This document shows, one piece after another, positions 56,705 through 64,000 of a DNA stretch of 64,000 nucleotides; positions within the stretch are counted from its first letter, which is position 1, and each line of letters starts with the position of its first letter. Position numbers and translations under genes: made by a program. The notes beneath the pieces were generated by a model. It had not been told where the DNA came from and made no database searches. It saw nothing but the letters and a program-made list of their open reading frames with translations. Source of the DNA: Acidobacteriota bacterium (GTDB lineage Bacteria; Acidobacteriota; UBA6911; RPQK01; G965218465); assembly GCA_965218465.1 (NCBI GenBank), contig OZ244623.1, forward strand, positions 2,801,358 through 2,865,357. The letters are read 5' to 3'.

Positions 56705-57226
56705 TTATCTCTTGACGGCAACACCCATCACCTCGAAATGGGCTCCTCGCAACAGCGGTCCGGAACCGATAAAGCCCCTGGCCGGGAAATTGTCCGTAAA
56801 GTAGGTTCGATAGACAGCATTAAACTCATCATAAAGCGAGAGGTCGGGACAGAAGATCTGAACCGAGACCAGGTCGTCCATGGTCATTCCGGCCATCTCC
56901 AGCCGCCGTTTCATGACGTCCATGATGTTCTTCACCTCTTGCGAGATCTCCTCCGGCGGAGCACCTGTGTCAGGGTCGAGTCCGAGACTCCCTGCCAGGT
57001 AAAGGGTGTCTCCTGCCAGCACCGCGTTGCTGTAGGGCAGGTCGTCGCTACGCTCGGGCAGGTTGATATGGACCAAATCTGAGGATTCATGATGATCAGC
57101 CCCCTCCGAGGATTCATGATGATCGGCCCCCTCCGAGGATTCTTGCGCCATCTCCGAGGATGCGGGCGAGCAACCCGAAGCAGCCATGACGACACCAAAT
57201 AAGACGACAAGTAACGCACGTTGCAT
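56705..57226 (-). CDS. RidA/YjgF/L-PSP family protein with a lipoprotein signal and a His/acidic tandem-repeat linker
   Basis: MQRALLVVLFGVVMAASGC (lipobox), then ESSEGADHH-ESSEGADHH-ESSD, then the RidA core (..YSNAVLAGDTLYLAGSLG....NIMDVMKRRLEMAGMTMDDLV..FPARGFIG...L.RGAHFEVMGVA). Confidence 0.85.
   Translation of the reverse strand: MQRALLVVLFGVVMAASGCSPASSEMAQESSEGADHHESSEGADHHESSDLVHINLPERSDDLPYSNAVLAGDTLYLAGSLGLDPDTGAPPEEISQEVKNIMDVMKRRLEMAGMTMDDLVSVQIFCPDLSLYDEFNAVYRTYFTDNFPARGFIGSGPLLRGAHFEVMGVAVKR
57081..57149. repeat. 27-bp tandem repeat (2 full units plus a partial third) inside the ridA-like gene
   Basis: gaggattcatgatgatcagccccctcc (57081-57107) and gaggattcatgatgatcggccccctcc (57108-57134), then gaggattcttgcgcc. 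These encode the ESSEGADHH repeats on the minus strand. Confidence 0.85.
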
Positions 57227-57445
57227 TGTTTTCTCCCTTCCTAATTTCTTGGATCGACAATCCTAATGTGAGGTTTGACTGACAATTTGTGAACGGTCAC
57301 CGAGGCGAGAAACACTTGCAGTACCGCCCGAGTTGGGCCGGAAAAGGTCCAGGGACGGAATCTTGGTCCCTTTTGCTCCGTGGAGTGCTTGCTCCTCACC
57401 GCCATAGCGAGACCTCGGAGAAATTGGCCATCCGGCGCTTTCCGT

Positions 57446-58291
57446 TCACTCAAGACTGTTGTAGATGAATTCGATCCAGCGATCTTGGGAAATGAAACCC
57501 GAGCCCCAGGACTCCCACTTGGGGTCCAGCCCAGCTTGCTGAATTGCGGCCAGATCCTTCCCCTCGGCTTTCATCTCGCGAACTGTGGCGATGGTTTCGG
57601 TCATCATCGACTGGTACGTTTTCAGGTCTTCCAAAGTCGACAATGCCCCATGTCCGGGAATGATCTTAACATCCGCCGGAACCAGCGCGATCACCTTGCC
57701 GATGTTGCGGTGAAGTCCCAGCGCGTTTCCGCCGCTGGGCATGTCCACATAGGGAAATCGATTTCGGAAAAAATGGTCTCCCATGTGCACGACATTGGAT
57801 CCTTTGAAAAACATCACACTGTCGCCGTCGGTATGTCCCGTGGGAAAGTGGACCACTTCGACCGGTTCTCCATTGAAATGAACCGTCACGCCTTCGTTGA
57901 AAGTGATCACGGGCCAAGCCCCGGGAGGTGATTCCGACAGCCGTTTGCGCACGTTGGCGTGGGCGATAATGGTCGCTTCCTTGCCGAAGATCTCGTTTCC
58001 GCCGGTGTGATCACCATGGTAGTGGGTGTTGAGAATGAATTTGAGATCGCCCGAACTCAGGTGGGCCAGGGCCGCCTGGATTTTTTTCGCCAGGGGTGCG
58101 AACTGGTCATCGACGATCAAAATCCCATCATCGCCAACGGAAACGCCGATATTTCCTCCCGCCCCTTGCAACATATGGATGTTGCCGGCGACGTGAGTAG
58201 CCTTGATTTGAACGTCCGAGAAATCACGTTGTGCCCAGGCTGTCGTCAACGCCAGCCCGACGATTGTCAGCATAGCCAACCACGATTTCAT
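57446..58291 (-). CDS. MBL-fold metallo-hydrolase with a signal peptide
   Basis: Signal MKSWLAMLTIVGLALTTAWA. The HxHxDH motif is present as HYHGDHTGGN, followed by later His/Asp ligands. Confidence 0.88.
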   Translation of the reverse strand: MKSWLAMLTIVGLALTTAWAQRDFSDVQIKATHVAGNIHMLQGAGGNIGVSVGDDGILIVDDQFAPLAKKIQAALAHLSSGDLKFILNTHYHGDHTGGNEIFGKEATIIAHANVRKRLSESPPGAWPVITFNEGVTVHFNGEPVEVVHFPTGHTDGDSVMFFKGSNVVHMGDHFFRNRFPYVDMPSGGNALGLHRNIGKVIALVPADVKIIPGHGALSTLEDLKTYQSMMTETIATVREMKAEGKDLAAIQQAGLDPKWESWGSGFISQDRWIEFIYNSLE

Positions 58292-58442
58292 AGTTCCTCC
58301 TCGCTCGAGTCATTTTGAGTATATTTCGATCTTTTTGTTGACCGGGATAAGATTCGGCCGGCGACGCCGGCGTCAAGCTCACCGAAACGGTACTCACAAG
58401 CCCGGCGCTTCAGGTCTCCGATCCAGCCGCACCTGGCCGTAT

Positions 58443-58934
58443 TTATTCTTCAGCCCTAAACTTGGCCTTAAGCGTCGTCGTGGCCCAGGACATCGTCAGT
58501 TTTCCCCCTTTCTCGTTTTGCGTCAACGCAATGGTGAAAGTCTCGACGGGCGAGTCAATTGAGCCAATGGTGAGCGGCACGACTGCGATATTGTTCGACT
58601 CATTGTAGCTTCCGGGACTGGAGTTGATCAGCAACTGCCAGTCATCGCTGGAATTCTTGCGCGCCCAGAGCCGGTAGCCGCCGGGCGCCAATGTGAGGTC
58701 ACCCCAGCGCAAACCGATCTCCGTTGTCAGCATCGTTCCGGCATCCATGCCCATTCTCCAGACACCGCCATCGGGCAGCTGGCCCAGCATGTCGCGGCCG
58801 GCCAATGACGGACGTCCGTATTCGATCGAAACTTTCTTGCCGTCCAACGTCGTTTCCACCATCCCTCGCTCGGCAAACGCAACCGCCACGCCGGCAAGGG
58901 CCACCAAGGTCACAATCGGCATTGTCTTTCTCAT
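58443..58934 (-). CDS. DUF2911-like secreted protein
   Basis: The ATG at 58934 follows the RBS AGGAGG. Signal: MRKTMPIVTLVALAGVAVAFA. ..VSIEYGRPSLAGRDMLGQLPDGGVWRMGMDAGTMLTT.. matches my recollection of DUF2911. The track ORF extends upstream to 59135 with no support. Confidence 0.65.
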   Translation of the reverse strand: MRKTMPIVTLVALAGVAVAFAERGMVETTLDGKKVSIEYGRPSLAGRDMLGQLPDGGVWRMGMDAGTMLTTEIGLRWGDLTLAPGGYRLWARKNSSDDWQLLINSSPGSYNESNNIAVVPLTIGSIDSPVETFTIALTQNEKGGKLTMSWATTTLKAKFRAEE

Positions 58935-59298
58935 TACGACCCGTCCTCCTGGAAATTGTGAGTTACCTTTCAAACCACGCTTGCTTTTCCAGCAGGTTAA
59001 CCGGAAGTTGGCTAAAGCTTCAAGAGAGAGGTCTTTGAACTCTTCGATCAGACCGGCACTGGATTCTTTGAATAAGACGGATCGAATACATGTCTGAAAC
59101 TGTGGAGTTGGGTCAATGCTGCAGCCCAATCTCATCTACTATGTTAGTAGTACTGAGAATCTGGACGGGATCTTCCTGGCGCCAAGCGAATCTTATGGAC
59201 CAGCCAGGCTGCCAATACCAGTCCGAAACAAGAAATGAGGGTGGTAACGCCAGTTGGGGTCCTGAGCCGGTGGCCGGAGGAGGCAGGGCATTCTCGCA

Positions 59299-60495
59299 TC
59301 AGGGCCGGGACGCGGGATATTCGTGGGTGATGGGTACGGCCCCGTATTTCTTGAGGAGTTCGAAAGTCCGTCTCAAAGGAAGCGCTTCAATCCGATGGCC
59401 CGCCCGACCTTCGACCGAAGTGGCCATCAACATCGAGTTGTAGATAGCTTCCTCGGTGCTTTCCTTGACTGCTTGAAAAAGGGGAGAAACATCTTGATTG
59501 CGGAGTACGCCGCCGGTCAAGAGTCGATCTCTGACCGACTGGCCCGGTGCTGCGTGGGGGATACGCAGTTCCGACGAGGTGGAAAAGGCGATCACGTAGT
59601 CGCCGCTGCCGTTGGTCGAAGTGCCACCGGTAGCTGCCAACCCCAGCATAGCTCGCTGCGCCAGCCGCTTCAGGTTGCGAGCCCGCAAGGGTGCGTCGGT
59701 GGCCACCACGATCATGCACGACCCATCTCCACTGGAATCCTCACGAAAGTCGCGCAAATAATATTGTCCCAGTTCTCGTCCCAAGGGGACTCCGTGCATC
59801 CGCAGTACGCCCCCAAAGTTGGTTTGTACCAGGACTCCCACCGTATATCCGCCCAGCGCCCGCGGGAGAACACGGGAGGCGGTGCCGATTCCCCCTTTGA
59901 AGCCGTAGCAGATCGTTCCGGTCCCAGCGCCGACACTGCCTTCTCGGACGGGGCCGTTTACAGCTTGCCGCAATGCCTGAAACACCTCAGGCCGTCCGAT
60001 CGGCCGTTGGCGAATTGCGCTCAGGTAACCGTCGTTGGTCTCACCCACCACTGGATTGATGGAACGAACCTGGGAAAGCCCGGGGAGCTCGAGCATGTAA
60101 TCGATCAACGCATCTGCCACTCGTGGCACGTTGAGCGTTCCCGTAAGCAGAATCGGGGTTTCCAGGTTTCCCAGTGTCTCGATCTGAGTGGATCCCATCA
60201 ACTTGCCAAAACCGTTGCCGACGTAGACTGCGGCCGGCACTTTTTCCAAGAACAGATTACCGCCATGGGGGACGATGGCGGTGACGCCGGTTCGGATGTC
60301 GGAGTCTTTTACCAAGGTCACTTGTCCGACCCGGACATCGCGGACGTCGGTAATGGCATTCCAGGACCCTGTTGGCAGAACGCCAACCTTCAAACCCAAC
60401 TCCCGGGCGCGAAACCGTTGTTCGGACGAGGCCGACGGCTGGCCAACGAGTCCGACAAGTAACAGCAATGACCACGCTTGCATGGAAAAACTCAC
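59299..60495 (-). CDS. P1/S58 family peptidase (DmpA/BapA-like aminopeptidase) with a signal peptide
   Basis: 398 aa. ..GVTAIVPHGGN.., ..VGETNDG.., ..GAGTGTICYGFKGGIGTASR.., ..GGTSTNGSGDYVIAFST.. are characteristic of DmpA-type Ntn hydrolases. Confidence 0.85.
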   Translation of the reverse strand: MSFSMQAWSLLLLVGLVGQPSASSEQRFRARELGLKVGVLPTGSWNAITDVRDVRVGQVTLVKDSDIRTGVTAIVPHGGNLFLEKVPAAVYVGNGFGKLMGSTQIETLGNLETPILLTGTLNVPRVADALIDYMLELPGLSQVRSINPVVGETNDGYLSAIRQRPIGRPEVFQALRQAVNGPVREGSVGAGTGTICYGFKGGIGTASRVLPRALGGYTVGVLVQTNFGGVLRMHGVPLGRELGQYYLRDFREDSSGDGSCMIVVATDAPLRARNLKRLAQRAMLGLAATGGTSTNGSGDYVIAFSTSSELRIPHAAPGQSVRDRLLTGGVLRNQDVSPLFQAVKESTEEAIYNSMLMATSVEGRAGHRIEALPLRRTFELLKKYGAVPITHEYPASRP

Positions 60496-61583
60496 TGCTG
60501 GGCCACGGCCGGCAGGGCAGCGGTCACAACGTTGCCCACAATCTCCAAGTTCTCAGGTGAGAGCTTGTCCAACGTATCGCTGGGTCGGTGCCAGTGGGCG
60601 TAGTTCAGGTCGATCAGATCCAGCACCGGGACGCCCTCCTTCTTAAAGGGAATGTGATCGTCAACTGCCGAGGTCCAGCCGTGTCGACTGAAGATGTCAT
60701 TGTGTCCCAGTTCCTCTGCAATTGCCCAAACCAGACGATTGAGCTGAGGGGTCGAATTCGTGTCTTGGAGTAGGCGCAGCTGTTTGCCTCCCACCAGATC
60801 GAGCAGAATCATCGCCTTGATCCGGTCGACTTGGCGGTTTTTTTTGAGCTCGGACACGAAATGTCGACTGCCGTAGAGACTGTCGCTGTCAGTCCACTCC
60901 CCAATCGCCTCTTCTCCATCAAAAAAAACAAACCAAAGGGTGTGGTCGACCGGATTGTCGCGCGCCAAGAGGCGGGCCAGTTCCAGCACCAGGCCACTAC
61001 TGGCAGCTCCATCGTTGGCGCCCACGAATCGAATCGCCGGAAAGTATTTGCTGTCGTAATGGCTGGCCAGAATGATGACTTCGTCAGTAGAGCCTTTGAG
61101 AATGCCCCAGATGTTGACCATTTCAACCGGACCCTTGGGCGTGGCGGTGGTGAAAGACTGAGTTCGAACCGGCAGCCCATAGGATTTGAGCTGTGTGATC
61201 AGATAGACACCGACACGTTTTTGGGCAGCGCTTCCTGGAGGATGTGGACCCTCGGCAACGATGTGCCGAGCGTGTTCCATCACGCGGGCTCCGTCGACGG
61301 TTTCGGAAATCGCTGAAATGTGGGAACAGGCTGCACTGGTTGCGCAAAGCAGCAGGGTCAACCATTTTCTTCCTGTCCAGTCCAATCGGCGGCCTGGGAG
61401 GTCAGATTCGGCAGCGTTGGTGAGCAGTCGTCCTTGGTCGATTTTCACGATCTCCTTTGGGGGTATCTCCTCAATTGACCTTGTCCGAGGCCTCGTTTCT
61501 CCGATCACCGCAACCCGCCGCCGGCGCACGCTTGCGCCTTCTGCCGGACGGGCCACCTCCTGGCCCTGACGAAGGCTTGGCAA
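60492..61583 (-). CDS. M28 family metallopeptidase (aminopeptidase / glutaminyl-cyclase-like). Start codon uncertain.
   Basis: ..IILASHYDSKYF....GANDGASSGLVLELARLL......LWFVFFDGEEA.. and ..DDHIPF...GVPVLDLID.....WH...D are the M28 metal-ligand blocks. The first 80 or so residues of the track ORF are basic and low-complexity, so the true start may lie near the hydrophobic LTLLLCATSAAC segment. Confidence 0.8.
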   Translation of the reverse strand: MPSLRQGQEVARPAEGASVRRRRVAVIGETRPRTRSIEEIPPKEIVKIDQGRLLTNAAESDLPGRRLDWTGRKWLTLLLCATSAACSHISAISETVDGARVMEHARHIVAEGPHPPGSAAQKRVGVYLITQLKSYGLPVRTQSFTTATPKGPVEMVNIWGILKGSTDEVIILASHYDSKYFPAIRFVGANDGAASSGLVLELARLLARDNPVDHTLWFVFFDGEEAIGEWTDSDSLYGSRHFVSELKKNRQVDRIKAMILLDLVGGKQLRLLQDTNSTPQLNRLVWAIAEELGHNDIFSRHGWTSAVDDHIPFKKEGVPVLDLIDLNYAHWHRPSDTLDKLSPENLEIVGNVVTAALPAVAQQ

Positions 61584-61961
61584 TGAGCTCCGAAAGACAA
61601 CTTATCACACCGGTCGAGCCATTTTCGAAAGTAGGAGAAATCCCTACCACCATTGACTCTCTGTCCGATCTCTTACCGGAATTCAGAACCATGTTGGTTC
61701 CACCTCTGTAATCTTTGGCATTGAGGCCGGAGGAAACCAGTCCGAGGCTTTGGACTCACTGCCCCCAACAGGCGGGTTCCTGATCTCTCACAATTACGAT
61801 TTGGCCTATCTCGACAGTGAATTTAATCTCTTTTTCTCAACGATTTAAGGTTCATCCAGCTCGGCCCGGCAGGGAAGGTGTGGTCTGGCGGCCAAATTGA
61901 AAACCTTCAATTTGCTGTGGTACAGTTTCGGCTTTCAAATGTACGTGCCAATGGAGCATCC

Positions 61962-64000
61962 ATGAAGTCTTACCAGAGCGAAAATATTCGCAATATCGGC
62001 ATAATCGGCCATGGTGACTCGGGAAAAACGTCGCTGGTGAGTGCCCTATTGTTTCTCTCGGGCGCAGTGAACCGTTTAGGCCGCGTCGAGGACGGTAACA
62101 CCGTCACGGACCATGGGGAAGATGAGATCGACCGAGGCATCACCATCTCTACCGGCCTGGCCCATTGCGAATGGCGGAACAACAAGCTCAATTTTCTCGA
62201 CACTCCGGGGTACAGCGCTTTTCTGCTGGATGCCAAGGCTGCCCTGCGAGCGGTTGAAACCGGACTCACGGTGATTGACGCCACCGCGGGCGTTGAAGTC
62301 CAAACGGAAAAGGTTTGGGAATTCTGTGAAGAACTCAACCTGCCGCGGATCCTGGTAATCAACAAACTGGACCGTGACCGGGCCAGCTACGAGCGGTCGT
62401 TTAAGAGTCTGCAGGAAAGGTTTGGCCGCCAGGTCGTCTCTCTGCAGTTGCCCATTGGCGAAGAAACGGGGTTTCGTGGGGTTGTCGATCTGATTTACAA
62501 CCGAGCCTTTGTCCACCCCGGCGATCGGAGCGGTCGTTCACAAGAGCAGGAGATCCCCGACGACCTCCGAGAAGCAGCGGCCACTGCCCGTGAACAGCTG
62601 ATCGAAATGGTTGCCGAGAGTGACGATGTCTTGCTCGACAAGTTTTTCGAGAAAGGAACTCTGGAGGGTGAAGATCTGATTTCCGGTCTTCGCAAGTCAA
62701 TCGTTTCAGGCGACCTTTTCCCTGTTTTTTGTGTATCGGCCACCGCCAACATTGGTGTATCCCAGCTACTGGACCACATGGTCAGCTTGTTGCCCAATCC
62801 GCTTGAAGGTCCCGAGTTGGTAGTCGTCGATCGCAAGACTGAAGAGCAGGTTGGCTATCGGCCCGACCATCAAGAGACCTCGGCCGCCTTCGTATTCAAG
62901 ACGATGGCCGACCCTTTTGCCGGCCGGATCACCTTGCTCAAGGTGCTCGGCGGTCAGCTGAAGTCCGACGGGAATCTTCGCAATCTGCAGCAACGGACCG
63001 GCGAGCGGCTGGGAACCCTGCAGATCTTCCAGGGCAAGGCTCATGAGCCGGTGGAGGTGGTGGACACTGGAGATGTTTGTGGTGTTCTCAAGCTCAAGGC
63101 GACTACCACTGGAGATACGCTGGCCGATCCTTCTTTTGGCTACCTGTTCCGCAAGACCGAGTTTCCCGAACCCGCCATCAGTTTTGCCGTCGAACCGAAG
63201 AGCCGGGGTGACGAGGAGAAGATCAGCTCGGCGATGGGACGGCTTACCGAAGAAGATCCGTCGATCACCTTCCGGCGGGACCCCGAAACCAATGAATTTC
63301 TACTCTCGGGCACCGGCCAAATCCACATTGAAGTGATGGTCGGGAAATTGAAGACGAAATATGGAGTGGAGGTCATTCTAAGACCGCCCAAAGTCCCCTA
63401 TCGCGAGACCATCACCGGGCGCGCCCAAGTTCATGCGCGTCATAAAAAGCAGACTGGTGGCCATGGCCAGTACGGTGATTGCCGCATAAGAATGGAGCCG
63501 ACGCCTCGAGACGCAGGTTTTGAGTTCGTGGACGAAATATTCGGCGGATCGATCCCGAGGCAATATATTCCCGCAGTTGAAAAGGGGATCGTGGAGGCCG
63601 CGAGTCGCGGATTCTTGGCGGGTTATCCGGTCGTGGACTTCAAGGTTATCCTTTACGATGGCAGTTACCACGACGTGGACTCTTCTGAGATGGCCTTCAA
63701 GATCGCCGGATCTCTCGCCTTTCGTCAAGCCATGGATCAGGCCAGGCCAGTGTTACTGGAACCGATCATGAACGTGGAGGTTGCTGCGCCCGAGGAAAAT
63801 GCGGGCGATGTGATGGGTGACCTCAGCAGCCGTCGCGGCCGGATCCAGGGGATGGACGTGCAAGGAAATTCGCAGTTGATTAAAGCCCAAGCGCCGCTGG
63901 CGGAGCTTCTCAACTATGCTCCTTCGTTGACCTCTATGACCGGGGGGCGAGGCAGCTATCACATGGAGCATTCTCACTACGACATCTTGCCTGCTCCATT
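61962..64000 (+). CDS. Elongation factor G paralog (EF-G2-like); the 3' end lies beyond the window
   Basis: Absent from the ORF track because there is no stop in the window. From the ATG at 61962: MKSYQSENIRNIGIIGHGDSGKTSLVSALLF..DTPGY..INKLDR..HKKQTGGHGQYGD..SSEMAFKIAG... The frame stays open to position 64000. The G1 motif is GHGDSGKT rather than the canonical AHIDAGKT. Confidence 0.9.
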   Translation, partial: MKSYQSENIRNIGIIGHGDSGKTSLVSALLFLSGAVNRLGRVEDGNTVTDHGEDEIDRGITISTGLAHCEWRNNKLNFLDTPGYSAFLLDAKAALRAVETGLTVIDATAGVEVQTEKVWEFCEELNLPRILVINKLDRDRASYERSFKSLQERFGRQVVSLQLPIGEETGFRGVVDLIYNRAFVHPGDRSGRSQEQEIPDDLREAAATAREQLIEMVAESDDVLLDKFFEKGTLEGEDLISGLRKSIVSGDLFPVFCVSATANIGVSQLLDHMVSLLPNPLEGPELVVVDRKTEEQVGYRPDHQETSAAFVFKTMADPFAGRITLLKVLGGQLKSDGNLRNLQQRTGERLGTLQIFQGKAHEPVEVVDTGDVCGVLKLKATTTGDTLADPSFGYLFRKTEFPEPAISFAVEPKSRGDEEKISSAMGRLTEEDPSITFRRDPETNEFLLSGTGQIHIEVMVGKLKTKYGVEVILRPPKVPYRETITGRAQVHARHKKQTGGHGQYGDCRIRMEPTPRDAGFEFVDEIFGGSIPRQYIPAVEKGIVEAASRGFLAGYPVVDFKVILYDGSYHDVDSSEMAFKIAGSLAFRQAMDQARPVLLEPIMNVEVAAPEENAGDVMGDLSSRRGRIQGMDVQGNSQLIKAQAPLAELLNYAPSLTSMTGGRGSYHMEHSHYDILPAP

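Noticed and set aside
59323-60462. 379-aa plus-strand ORF
   Set aside because: It is antisense to the well-supported DmpA-type peptidase gene and shows no motifs. Other antisense shadows are rejected for the same reason: 30883-31728 and 32548-33306 (in valS), 35957-36646 (in the MFS gene), 48043-48717 and 47098-47706 (in the ankyrin gene), 52857-53669 (in dapA), 54043-54612 (in dapD) and 55114-55827 (in the formamidase gene).

Overview
The window is 64 kb from a diderm bacterium. The gene content (DUF1592/DUF1552 pair, Mla, BamD, Lol-like operon, choice-of-anchor B protein) fits an Acidobacteriota- or PVC-like lineage best. That lineage call is inference only.

There are two compositional blocks.

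(1) Positions 1 to about 11000 are clearly more GC-rich. Spot counts on single 60-nt lines give about 67-80% G+C, against about 50-60% further right. This block carries two large secreted proteins built from eukaryote-like domains: Spondin_N + cadherin + PQQ sugar dehydrogenase, and a 1391-aa choice-of-anchor B / Ig / FN3 protein with a tandemly duplicated unknown C-terminal domain. Around them lies a graveyard of mobile and defence remnants: an intact higBA pair, fragments of LysR, Mrr_N, an XRE antitoxin and an IS3 transposase, a frameshifted and N-terminally truncated P4-type integrase, and a very low-GC HEPN-like ORF.

(2) Positions about 11000 to 64000 are mostly housekeeping genes: dnaK, a DedA + Lol-like operon, mlaFED, def-fmt-rsmB-PASTA-rpe, bamD, valS, a feo locus, asd-dapBAD and an EF-G paralog.

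Several odd loci interrupt that second block:
- dnaJ is cut off right after its HPD motif. In its place sit an unknown divergent ORF and an orphan two-gene microcompartment module: a BMC-H shell protein plus an AdhE-type acylating aldehyde dehydrogenase with an encapsulation-peptide-like tail.
- A membrane-anchored DtxR-FeoA-FeoA fusion lies upstream of a split feoB, with a perfect palindromic operator in front.
- A heme-motif DUF1592-family gene and a Tat-signal DUF1552 gene are followed by a 783-aa secreted ankyrin protein.
- There is an aspartokinase ACT-domain remnant, a frameshifted brnT toxin, and a run of exported hydrolases that are normally cytoplasmic.

I found no rRNA, tRNA or CRISPR array. 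The track lists only complete ORFs, so it misses the two genes that run off the window ends. I read those directly from the sequence.
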